From the NCBI GenBank assembly GCA_050951325.1, contig JBMNIW010000012.1:672001-736000 (forward strand): a stretch of 64,000 nucleotides of DNA, given 5' to 3'. How positions within the stretch are numbered: position 1 is the stretch's first letter; the number at the start of each line of letters is the position of its first letter. This DNA is from Clostridia bacterium (GTDB lineage Bacteria > Bacillota > Clostridia > UBA1212 > DUPL01). Both the position numbers and the translations under genes were made by a program. The notes under the pieces are model-generated. The model worked only from the letters and a program-made list of their open reading frames with translations, made no database searches and was not told the origin of the DNA. This document shows positions 20,391 to 29,435 of the stretch, piece by piece.

Positions 20391-21212
20391 ATGAAAATCA
20401 AAAGGATTGCATTATTGACACTAGCTGCTATCATTTGTTTTTCAATGTTTATGGTATCGGCATCAACTAAAGGTTATGTAACCGATGGTCTTGTTGGTTT
20501 CTTTGATGGAAGCAACAACCAGGGAAACAAACATGACAAGCAAAGTACAACCTGGAAGGATCTGAGCGGAACTGGCAATGACATTACCGTCAAGTTGGAT
20601 GACAAATGCAAGTGGAATGACAATGGTTACTTCAATGATTCAACCAGGATTTATCTGCCACAAGCTCTGACGGATTTGATTAATAGCAACGAGTTTACAG
20701 TGGAAATTGTTCTTAATACCTTTAAATCAAAAGGTTTGCACTACAATCCAATCATGAACTGTGACAATGACATGTTCTCTTTGTTCCGTAGAATAGGAGA
20801 TGAAGTTATGCAGTTCAAGAACAACGGAAATCCAAGACCTACTTCAGAGACAGGCGTGGCTCTTGATTATCTTTCCGAAAGAGTGACACTGACCATCACC
20901 TACAAGGTGGGTGGCAAGTCAACCATGTACATAAACGGTGAGAAGATAGATGCACAAAATGCGGGTGTAGCCGTTGGTGCAGACAAAATGTTCTTTGGAC
21001 ACGATGATGCGACAAGAAACTTCAGCACAAATTATGAATACTTGCGTTTTTATAACAGAGAATTGTCAGCAGATGAGGTTTCAAAGAACTACAACGAAGA
21101 CCTGAAAGCATCAAACCCAACCACTGGTGTAACTACAACCTTCTTCTACATGGCAGTGACTCTCGGTCTTGCAGGCACCGCATTAAAGGGTATGAAGAAA
21201 AAAGAGGACTAA
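20391..21212 (+). CDS. Secreted LamG/ConA-like protein with NPxTG-type cell-wall sorting signal
   Basis: Signal peptide; YVTDGLV..FDG, W.DLSG.GND and LRFYNRELSADEV motifs; C-terminal NPTTG, hydrophobic stretch and KKK. Confidence 0.75.
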   Translation: MKIKRIALLTLAAIICFSMFMVSASTKGYVTDGLVGFFDGSNNQGNKHDKQSTTWKDLSGTGNDITVKLDDKCKWNDNGYFNDSTRIYLPQALTDLINSNEFTVEIVLNTFKSKGLHYNPIMNCDNDMFSLFRRIGDEVMQFKNNGNPRPTSETGVALDYLSERVTLTITYKVGGKSTMYINGEKIDAQNAGVAVGADKMFFGHDDATRNFSTNYEYLRFYNRELSADEVSKNYNEDLKASNPTTGVTTTFFYMAVTLGLAGTALKGMKKKED

Positions 21213-21232
21213 GATAATTGAATAATCAGCAA

Positions 21233-21262
21233 AGGAGCTGTCGCAACTGCGGCAGCTTTTTT
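21233..21262 (+). terminator. Rho-independent terminator
   Basis: AGCTGTCGCA..TGCGGCAGCT stem followed by a T-run. Confidence 0.8.
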
Positions 21263-21287
21263 CGTGTTTAACACATCCGATTTAATC

Positions 21288-21316
21288 GTGACAGTATTTT
21301 TCATCTATGATATAAT
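21288..21316 (+). promoter_or_regulatory. Putative promoter of carB
   Basis: GTGACA, 17-bp spacer, TATAAT with extended TGn. Confidence 0.55.
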
Positions 21317-21358
21317 TTCATGAATCGGGATACCGATAATCTTTAGGAGGATTCTTTT

Positions 21359-24300
21359 ATGACAAAAAACGACAACAACAAAATCATGATAATAGGGTCG
21401 GGACCCATCATAATTGGACAGGCTTGTGAGTTTGACTACTCAGGAACCCAGGCATGCAAGGCGTTGAAAATGCTTGGTTATGAAGTTGTTTTGGTAAATT
21501 CAAATCCTGCTACCATTATGACGGATCCGGAAACAGCAGATGCAACGTACATTGAACCGCTTAATGTAGAAACATTGGAAAAGATAATTGAGAAAGAAAG
21601 GCCATTTGCTTTGCTGCCAAGTTTGGGAGGCCAATCCGGACTGAATTTAAGCCAGGAACTGGCCAAGAAGGGAATCCTTGAAAAGTATGGCGTCAAACTT
21701 CTGGGCGTGCAGCTGGATGCCATTGAACGAGGCGAGGACAGAATAGCCTTTAAGGAAACAATGGTAAAGTTGAATATTGACATGCCGAGAAGCGCACCTG
21801 CGTACTCAGTGGAGGAAGCTGAAAAGATTGCAGGGGAAATGGGATATCCTGTTGTTGTTAGGCCTGCTTACACCATGGGCGGTACAGGCGGAGGAATAGT
21901 TTACAACATAGAAGAATTAAGAACGGTAGTATACAGAGGCATAGCAGCATCGATGGTAGGACAGGTGCTGATTGAAGAATGTGTGCTTGGATGGGAAGAA
22001 CTGGAGCTAGAAGTAATAAGGGACAAGGATGGCCGCAAAGTTACCGTCTGCTATATAGAAAATGTAGATCCTATGGGTGTGCATACAGGTGACTCTTTTT
22101 GCGTGGCTCCAACAATTACCGTGTCGGAGGAACTAAAGAAGAGGCTTCAGGACTATGCATACAGAATAGTTGACGCAGTAGGCGTTATTGGAGGCTGCAA
22201 TGTGCAGTTTGCCCACGACCCTGTAACTGATAGGGTTGTAATAATTGAAATAAATCCAAGAACTTCAAGGTCATCCGCTCTTGCATCAAAGGCCACTGGA
22301 TTTCCTATTGCTTACGTTTCAGCACTGCTTGCAGCAGGTATAACACTCCCCGAGATTCCATACTGGAAGAAGGGCACTCTAGACAAGTATATACCTGAAG
22401 CAGATTACATTGTTGTCAAGTTTGCAAGATGGGCATTTGAAAAATTTAAGGATGCAGAGGACAAGCTGGGCACCCAGATGCATGCGGTGGGAGAAGTCAT
22501 GTCCATTGGCAAATCCTACAAGGAAGCCTTTCAAAAAGCCATAAGGTCTTTGGAAACAGGAAGGAGCGGTCTTGGATTTGCAAAAAACTACAACCAGCTT
22601 GACAAGGATGAGCTGTTCAAACTGCTAGCCCATCCCACCAGTGAAAGACAGTATGTCATGTATGAAGCGTTCAGAAAAGGTGCCACCATTGAAGAAATCC
22701 ATGAACTAACAAAGATAAACAGATGGTTCCTTGAGCAGATGAAGGAACTTGTGGAGGAAGAGGAGGAACTTCTTAAATACAAGGGGAAAATGCCTCCTGT
22801 TGAACTTTTGGAAAGAGCGAAAATAAACGGTTTTTCCGACAAGTATCTTGCCCAAATACTTGAAATTGATGAGAGGGAACTCTGGAAGTATAGGGAAGAA
22901 AAAGGCATAATTCAAAGATGGGAAGGCGTCAATGTAAGTGGAATTGAAACAGAAAGCTACTATTACTACTCCACATACGAAAAAGGCATGAATATGTCCG
23001 TAAGAAACGAAAACTCAATCATGGTACTTGGCGGAGGACCCAACAGAATAGGTCAGGGTATAGAGTTTGACTACTGCTGCGTGCATGCGGCAAAAGCACT
23101 CAGGGAACTAGGGTTTAAGACAATAATGGTAAACTGCAACCCTGAGACGGTTTCTACTGATTATGACACCTCCGACAAACTATATTTCGAACCATTAACC
23201 GCAGAAGATATAATAAGCATATATAACCATGAAAAGCCGCTTGGCATTATTGTTCAGTTTGGAGGGCAAACTCCTCTCAACATTGCCGACGAGCTGCAAA
23301 AAAGAGGCGCAAGAATCCTTGGAACTCCTCCAGCAGTAATTGATGCGGCGGAAGACAGGGATTTGTTCAACAAAATGATGAACAAGCTGCAGATACCCAT
23401 GCCTGAGTCCGGAATGGCCATAAATGAAAAAGAAGCTATTGAAATTGCTGAAAGGATAGGCTATCCAGTAATGGTACGTCCATCCTTTGTACTGGGTGGC
23501 AGGGGTATGGAAATAATTCACGATAGCGACATGTTAAAAACATACATGGCTCAAATAGAGGAAGTGGCACCTGACAGACCTATTCTCATAGACAAGTTTC
23601 TTGACAATGCTTTGGAATGTGAGGCTGACGCAATATCTGATGGAGAGAATGTGTTCGTGCCCGCTGTCATGGAGCATATTGAGCAGGCAGGCGTCCATTC
23701 GGGAGACTCTGCTTGTGTCATTCCGTCAAAAACAATATCACAAAAACATCTTGACACCATTTACAGCTACACGGCGAAAATAGCAATAGAGATGGGTGTT
23801 GTCGGCCTTATGAACATCCAGTATGCGATATATAATGATGAGGTGTATGTTCTTGAGGCAAACCCAAGAGCATCCAGGACAGTGCCTCTGGTTTCAAAAG
23901 TATGTGCAATAAACATGGCGCAGATTGCAACGAATCTTATGGTTGCCAGCCTTATTGACGAGGAAAGAAAGATAGACTTAACCAAACTTAAGAGGAAGGA
24001 TATCCCATACTATGGAGTGAAGGAAGCGGTGCTGCCGTTTAACATGTTCCCTGAGGTGGACCCGGTACTAGGCCCTGAGATGAGGTCCACAGGAGAGGTT
24101 CTTGGCCTTGCGGACACCTTTGGCAGTGCATTTTTTAAATCCCAGGTGGGTGCAAACGGCACTCTGCCTGTTGGGGGCAATGTGCTGATTAGTGTAAACG
24201 AGAATGACAGGCAAGGTATTCTTGAAGTTGCAAGAGGCTTTAAGAAACTCGGTTTTCATATAATCGCAACAATCGGAACTAGCACGTTTCTAAGCGAGCA

Positions 24301-24580
24301 CGGGATCGAGACCGAGGTTGTCAAGAAACTGTATGAAGGAAGGCCGAATATAACGGACTTGATTGTAAATGGCAGAATTAATCTCATAATCAATACTCCG
24401 TCAGGCAAGCAGAGCATGCATGATGACTCATATATTAGAAAATCTGCCATAAGATACAATGTTCCATACATTACGACAATAGCAGCTGCCAATGCAGCGT
24501 ACAAGGGAATAGAAGACATATTGGACAATAAGGGAGGAAGCCTTAAGTCCCTTCAGGAATATCATGCAATTATTGATTAA
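21359..24580 (+). CDS. carB: Carbamoyl-phosphate synthase large subunit
   Basis: IGSGPIIIGQACEFDYSG, NSNPATIMTD, NPRTSRSSALASKATG, GPNRIGQGIEFDYCC and C-terminal MGS domain. Confidence 0.97.
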   Translation: MTKNDNNKIMIIGSGPIIIGQACEFDYSGTQACKALKMLGYEVVLVNSNPATIMTDPETADATYIEPLNVETLEKIIEKERPFALLPSLGGQSGLNLSQELAKKGILEKYGVKLLGVQLDAIERGEDRIAFKETMVKLNIDMPRSAPAYSVEEAEKIAGEMGYPVVVRPAYTMGGTGGGIVYNIEELRTVVYRGIAASMVGQVLIEECVLGWEELELEVIRDKDGRKVTVCYIENVDPMGVHTGDSFCVAPTITVSEELKKRLQDYAYRIVDAVGVIGGCNVQFAHDPVTDRVVIIEINPRTSRSSALASKATGFPIAYVSALLAAGITLPEIPYWKKGTLDKYIPEADYIVVKFARWAFEKFKDAEDKLGTQMHAVGEVMSIGKSYKEAFQKAIRSLETGRSGLGFAKNYNQLDKDELFKLLAHPTSERQYVMYEAFRKGATIEEIHELTKINRWFLEQMKELVEEEEELLKYKGKMPPVELLERAKINGFSDKYLAQILEIDERELWKYREEKGIIQRWEGVNVSGIETESYYYYSTYEKGMNMSVRNENSIMVLGGGPNRIGQGIEFDYCCVHAAKALRELGFKTIMVNCNPETVSTDYDTSDKLYFEPLTAEDIISIYNHEKPLGIIVQFGGQTPLNIADELQKRGARILGTPPAVIDAAEDRDLFNKMMNKLQIPMPESGMAINEKEAIEIAERIGYPVMVRPSFVLGGRGMEIIHDSDMLKTYMAQIEEVAPDRPILIDKFLDNALECEADAISDGENVFVPAVMEHIEQAGVHSGDSACVIPSKTISQKHLDTIYSYTAKIAIEMGVVGLMNIQYAIYNDEVYVLEANPRASRTVPLVSKVCAINMAQIATNLMVASLIDEERKIDLTKLKRKDIPYYGVKEAVLPFNMFPEVDPVLGPEMRSTGEVLGLADTFGSAFFKSQVGANGTLPVGGNVLISVNENDRQGILEVARGFKKLGFHIIATIGTSTFLSEHGIETEVVKKLYEGRPNITDLIVNGRINLIINTPSGKQSMHDDSYIRKSAIRYNVPYITTIAAANAAYKGIEDILDNKGGSLKSLQEYHAIID

Positions 24581-24588
24581 AGGAGCTG

Positions 24589-25566
24589 ATGTGTTTGAAG
24601 TCTTGCGAACTGGTGGCCAAAACCATAAAGGGAGAGAAAACAAAAAGAACGCCTATATATGGTTGGGTGTCAGGAAATCTCTGGCATGAGATAACAGAGG
24701 CTTATGGTTCTGTTAATGCCTTTGAAGACCATTATGAGTTTGATTGTGCGCACATATTTGGCGGTCCCGGCTGTTTTGACGAGGTAGAAATAGCGAAGGT
24801 GAGGGAAAATGGTGAGGAACTGACTCCCGATATCCTTCTTGACATACCCTTGAGGTCTCCCGACAACATGGAAGAATACAAGGGGATCATCGATGCTTTG
24901 AAATATTATAAAGACGACAGGGGTAGGTTCTGCTACATGCAGACTCCCGGCTTCTTCGAGAATTATAACGGGGTATTTGGAATTGAAAACCACCTTTGTT
25001 ATCTGATCTTGTACAAGGAAGAGATAAAGGAGCTGTACAGAAGGCAGAGTATTTGGAATGCAAAGTTTGCTGAAAACGTCCTGGATTTGGGTGTAGACAT
25101 GGTACATATATCTGACGACTGGGGTTCACAAAGAGACCTTATGTTCAGTCCGAAGCTTTGGTGGGAACTTATCTACCCCAATATGAAATATGTTGTAGAC
25201 AAAGTGCATGCAAAAGGTGGGTTTGCGTCTCTTCACTCAGATGGATGCATTATGCCGATTGTAGATGGACTTGTGGATATTGGCTTTGATGTCATACACC
25301 CTTGGCAGGAAACAGCGGGCATGTCCTATGATGTCTATCTTGACAAGTATCAGGACAAATTTGCAATTTTGGGCGGACTTTGTGTACAGTCCACCATTGG
25401 ATTTGGTGACTATGAAAGACTGGAAAGTGAAATAAGGCGTGTGTTCAATCTCCTGAAGGGCAAGAGATGGATATTCTGCACTACCCATTTTGTTCAGAAA
25501 CACTGTACAATTGAAGAACTGAGTTTTGCTTATGATTTAATTTACAAACTTTCGCATGAAATGTAG
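24589..25566 (+). CDS. Uroporphyrinogen decarboxylase/MtaA-like TIM-barrel protein (start may be TTG at 24595)
   Basis: GIEN.L, SDDWGSQ..LMFSP..W, LHSDG, GGLCVQ and WIFCTTH motifs. Confidence 0.8.
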   Translation: MCLKSCELVAKTIKGEKTKRTPIYGWVSGNLWHEITEAYGSVNAFEDHYEFDCAHIFGGPGCFDEVEIAKVRENGEELTPDILLDIPLRSPDNMEEYKGIIDALKYYKDDRGRFCYMQTPGFFENYNGVFGIENHLCYLILYKEEIKELYRRQSIWNAKFAENVLDLGVDMVHISDDWGSQRDLMFSPKLWWELIYPNMKYVVDKVHAKGGFASLHSDGCIMPIVDGLVDIGFDVIHPWQETAGMSYDVYLDKYQDKFAILGGLCVQSTIGFGDYERLESEIRRVFNLLKGKRWIFCTTHFVQKHCTIEELSFAYDLIYKLSHEM

Positions 25567-25602
25567 TATAATATATTTACGACTATTGAGGAGGTTGTAA
25601 AT

Positions 25603-27486
25603 ATGGTCAGGGCAGTTAAAGGACTTTTCTGTTTTGTAGCCTTGTCTCTGCTGGCAGGTTGTACGGGCAATGGCTCTGTCAAGAATGGTGGAAAACAGTA
25701 TGAAATATTGACAGACCTTGATCCTGATGTGTATTACGCCAACGGATACACAAACAACACATTGGTCGGAATAGACCAGTTTGGAAGAACATTTGAGGCT
25801 GTAGCGGAGGCAAAGGAAGGCAAGCGCGATGTGGGCATCTTCTATTTCTGCACCTTGGGTCAACACGGTTTCAAGACCATCTATAATGTGGAGGAGATAC
25901 TGAAGATGGAAAATGGTGTCGACCTTCTGTTCCACCAGGATACGGAAGTAGCTCCCAATGGTGAAGCGTACTTTTGGGGAGAGCCACTGTACGGATACTA
26001 TAATTCCGCAGATGTCTGGGTCATACGCAAGCATCTGAAGCTCCTTGCATGTGCTGGAGTTGACTTCCTTGTATTTGATGTAACCAATGCAGTTACATAT
26101 GATGTGGTAACGAGTCAGATAATGAGGGAAATCTGCAACCTGGTGGATGAAGGCTTCGAAAACGTTCCGAAGGTCGCATTCTACACAAATGCCTATTCAT
26201 TAAATATCATTCGGAAACTATATGACTTGTATTACAAGCCGGGAAAATTCAAAGAATCCTGGTATTATCTTGACGGCAAGCCCATGATAGTAGGATTTAC
26301 CAAACCAGAAGATCATACCGACTTTGGACTTCTTGAGCCTTTGTCAGAGGAGATACTAAACTTCTTTACTTTCATGCGCCCCCAGTGGCCTGACAAACCA
26401 GTATATGAGGATTCGCTTCCTTGGATTGAATGGACTTATCCCGCACCGGTTCATGGAGACAGGGTGATAAATGTATGCGTTGCGTCCCATCCACAACTCC
26501 CCATGTCATTCTCCATAACAAGAGGAGCAAAAAACTGGGGCAGAGGATGGAATGTGGGAACCCAGGAAAATGAATCTGAAAATGCCACAAAGGGCACGTT
26601 TTTCCAAAGTACCTGGGATGTGGCTATAGAAGAGGATCCACCCATGGTCTTTGTGACTGGATGGAACGAGTGGGTTGCAGGAAAGTTTGAGTATGAAGGA
26701 GAATACGTTCTTGTGGACTGTGCGAATATGGAGTTCTCAAGAGATGCGGAAATGATGAAAGGTGGATACAATGACGCCTTCTACATACAGTTGGCTGCAA
26801 ATATCAGGAGATACAAGGGCATAAGTGTAAAGAATGCTGCTCCTTTTAAATCACAAAAGATGACAGTGAATCTGGATAATGACTTTTCAGAATGGGAAGA
26901 TGTTAAAGCGGTATTCAGGGAAGTTGGTTCCGTAAACGAGCCCAGAGATTTTCTCGGTGCTGTGCCTTCCATAAGATACAAAATGGATGCGGCAAGGAAC
27001 AACGTAACTGAAGTAAGGGTTGCGCAGGATGAGGAAAACATATATTTCTACATAAGTGCGACGGACTACATTACCGCCCACAAACCGGGTGACTCTAATT
27101 GGATGAACATATTCATTGGTACTGGAGATGTTTCCGGGAAGGGATGGGAGTGCTATGAGTATGTTGTTAACAGAAACATTCTGGAAGATAATTATGTTAA
27201 AAAGCAAGGAAGGTACTACGGTGTTGAAGGAACAACGGGCAAGAGTACGGTAGAAAAGTTGAAGAGTGATTTTTCAAGCGAGAAATGTGGAGAAGCAGAG
27301 TTTTCTGTTTATGAGAATGTTATGCAGGTAAAAATACCAAGAAAGAGTATAGGACTTGGAAAGAATGACAACAGCTTCTACTTTAAAATTGCAGACAATA
27401 TAGAAAAGCCCAATGATATTATGGACTATTACGTATCGGGCAAGAGCCTGCCAATGGGAAGGTTAAGTTTTAGATACATGGGATGA
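25603..27486 (+). CDS. Lipoprotein, unclassified glycoside-hydrolase-like (GH99/GH71-like fold suspected)
   Basis: LAGC lipobox; VGIFYF, WGEPLYGYY, AGVDFLVFD.TN, TGWNEW and EFSRD.E motifs shared with 47657-50050. Confidence 0.65.
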   Translation: MVRAVKGLFCFVALSLLAGCTGNGSVKNGGKQYEILTDLDPDVYYANGYTNNTLVGIDQFGRTFEAVAEAKEGKRDVGIFYFCTLGQHGFKTIYNVEEILKMENGVDLLFHQDTEVAPNGEAYFWGEPLYGYYNSADVWVIRKHLKLLACAGVDFLVFDVTNAVTYDVVTSQIMREICNLVDEGFENVPKVAFYTNAYSLNIIRKLYDLYYKPGKFKESWYYLDGKPMIVGFTKPEDHTDFGLLEPLSEEILNFFTFMRPQWPDKPVYEDSLPWIEWTYPAPVHGDRVINVCVASHPQLPMSFSITRGAKNWGRGWNVGTQENESENATKGTFFQSTWDVAIEEDPPMVFVTGWNEWVAGKFEYEGEYVLVDCANMEFSRDAEMMKGGYNDAFYIQLAANIRRYKGISVKNAAPFKSQKMTVNLDNDFSEWEDVKAVFREVGSVNEPRDFLGAVPSIRYKMDAARNNVTEVRVAQDEENIYFYISATDYITAHKPGDSNWMNIFIGTGDVSGKGWECYEYVVNRNILEDNYVKKQGRYYGVEGTTGKSTVEKLKSDFSSEKCGEAEFSVYENVMQVKIPRKSIGLGKNDNSFYFKIADNIEKPNDIMDYYVSGKSLPMGRLSFRYMG

Positions 27487-28305
27487 GACAAAGCGCTTGC
27501 GGTATTCCCTCGGGGAGATGCCGTAAGCGTTTTTAAATGCTCTGTTGAAAGACTTGATGGATGCAAAACCGCATTCATAAGCAATTTTACAAATGGCCTT
27601 TTCATTGGTTAAAAGGGAAAAAACGGCCTTGTCCAATCTTAGGTTTGTCAGGTATTCTATAAATGTAAGGCCTGACATACGTTTGAAAAATCTACAAAAA
27701 TGATAGGTTGAAAATCCTGAAACTTTTGAGATTTGTTCCAAAGTAATGGGGTGATGGTAATTGTCACAAATATAATGAATAACTTTTTGAAAAATAAAAA
27801 GATCGGATTCTTCCTTTTTTGATTTGGTTCCAATACTTTCCCATTCAAGATTCTCAATCATGTCAGCATACAAAATACTTAAATGTCCTTTAATTCTAAG
27901 CTCGTTGGAAGATGAGACAAACACTCTGTATAACTCTTGCAGGCTGTTGTATAAAGGAACATGGGCTTCAGTGTCTTTATCAATCTTGTAGCTTATACAT
28001 CTCATGCCTTTTTGATAATCAATATTTGAGAATATTTCAAAAGGATTGAATTGTAACAGCATATGCATACAATCATGGTTTCCCTTCAATGTGCCGTGAG
28101 GCTCGAATGCATTGATAATGATTATGTCGCCAGGATTCAGGTGATATTTCTGATTGTTAACAAGAACATGCATGTCTCCTTTTAATACGCAAATAACCTC
28201 CATCTCATCGTGGATATGCATGTCTACAAACACCGCTGTAAGCGGGGTAAGAAACAATTTAATGTTTTTGTCATAATGCACACGCTCATAAAGAAAACCA
28301 GCCAT
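27463..28305 (-). CDS. AraC family transcriptional regulator
   Basis: N-terminal cupin (MHIHDEMEV); C-terminal HTH (FCRFFK, IAYECGF.SIKSFNRAFK..YG.SPREYR). Confidence 0.95.
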   Translation of the reverse strand: MAGFLYERVHYDKNIKLFLTPLTAVFVDMHIHDEMEVICVLKGDMHVLVNNQKYHLNPGDIIIINAFEPHGTLKGNHDCMHMLLQFNPFEIFSNIDYQKGMRCISYKIDKDTEAHVPLYNSLQELYRVFVSSSNELRIKGHLSILYADMIENLEWESIGTKSKKEESDLFIFQKVIHYICDNYHHPITLEQISKVSGFSTYHFCRFFKRMSGLTFIEYLTNLRLDKAVFSLLTNEKAICKIAYECGFASIKSFNRAFKNAYGISPREYRKRFVSSHVSKT

Positions 28306-28459
28306 CTTTCAATTCACCACACCTATTATACCTGCAATTAATTGTACCGAGCAAGCTTTTTGAGCAAGATATGAGAAGTTTTCTGCAAAAAGGGAATTGT
28401 ACATAGTACAGGATGGTATATAATTTACTCAGAGCAGTTATTTGATCGGAGGTTTTAAA

Positions 28460-29434
28460 ATGAATAAACGCATTGTATTGTTTGTATTGATGATGGTAAT
28501 GCTGTTGTGTTCATGTCAGAATAACAAGGAAAAAGGGGACAAGACTCCTGATGCTACTTTAACTCCTGCTGTGACAGAGACGGAAACGCCATCACCTACA
28601 AATACTCCAAAACCCAGGGAGAATCTTGCGCTGGGCAAAAAAGTTGAAGCCGATGTACATGAACTTGATTACATTCCGGAAAATGCTGTGGATGGGGATT
28701 ATTCGACCAGATGGAGCGGTCTTGCACCAACTGACCTTCCCTATCATTATTTAATGATAGATCTGGGAGAAGTATATGCATTGGGAAAGGTTTGCATCGA
28801 TTGGGAGGCCATAGGGCACTCTTACCGTATAAGCTGTGCAAAGAAGCTTGATTCCGATGATGACTGGGAGGTCGTAACAACAAGACTCAAGCCCGATGAT
28901 ACGTACGAGGAGTTCAATCTTGGTGGAATTGAAGCCAGGTACATAAAGCTTGAGTTTGCTACTAACGCATTCTGCAGCATATATGAAATTGAAATATATG
29001 AGTATGACGAGGATGACGAAAACGGTGATAATAACAGCAGGCAAAACCTAGCTCTCGGCAAGACTGCAACTTCCGAGTTTGTAGAGAATGGAAGCGAAAA
29101 ATTTCAAGCCGGCATGGCTGTCGATGGTGACTTGCTTACAAGATGGAGCCCTGGAAGCGGTAATGAAAAAGATTTGTTCACATGGCATCTTGATCTGGGA
29201 GAGGTTTACGACATAAAGGAAATTGTAATATACTTTGAATCCTGCAATACTGAATATACCATATCGGTGTCAGAGGACAACCAAAACTGGACCCAGGTTT
29301 ATGAGGGAGAACCACTTGAACTGGAAGTGTCGATTAAATTAAACGAAAAGGCAAGATACGTTCTTTTCTCACGCCCGGGTGGAGACTGGGGCAGCATATA
29401 TGAGTTCATGGTATATGACAGATTGGAGGATTGA
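28460..29434 (+). CDS. Lipoprotein with a P/T-rich linker and two discoidin (F5/8 type C, CBM32-like) domains
   Basis: LCSC lipobox; two NLALGK...AVDGD..TRWS...DLG...ARY...SIYE repeats. Confidence 0.88.
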   Translation: MNKRIVLFVLMMVMLLCSCQNNKEKGDKTPDATLTPAVTETETPSPTNTPKPRENLALGKKVEADVHELDYIPENAVDGDYSTRWSGLAPTDLPYHYLMIDLGEVYALGKVCIDWEAIGHSYRISCAKKLDSDDDWEVVTTRLKPDDTYEEFNLGGIEARYIKLEFATNAFCSIYEIEIYEYDEDDENGDNNSRQNLALGKTATSEFVENGSEKFQAGMAVDGDLLTRWSPGSGNEKDLFTWHLDLGEVYDIKEIVIYFESCNTEYTISVSEDNQNWTQVYEGEPLELEVSIKLNEKARYVLFSRPGGDWGSIYEFMVYDRLED

Positions 29435-29435
29435 C

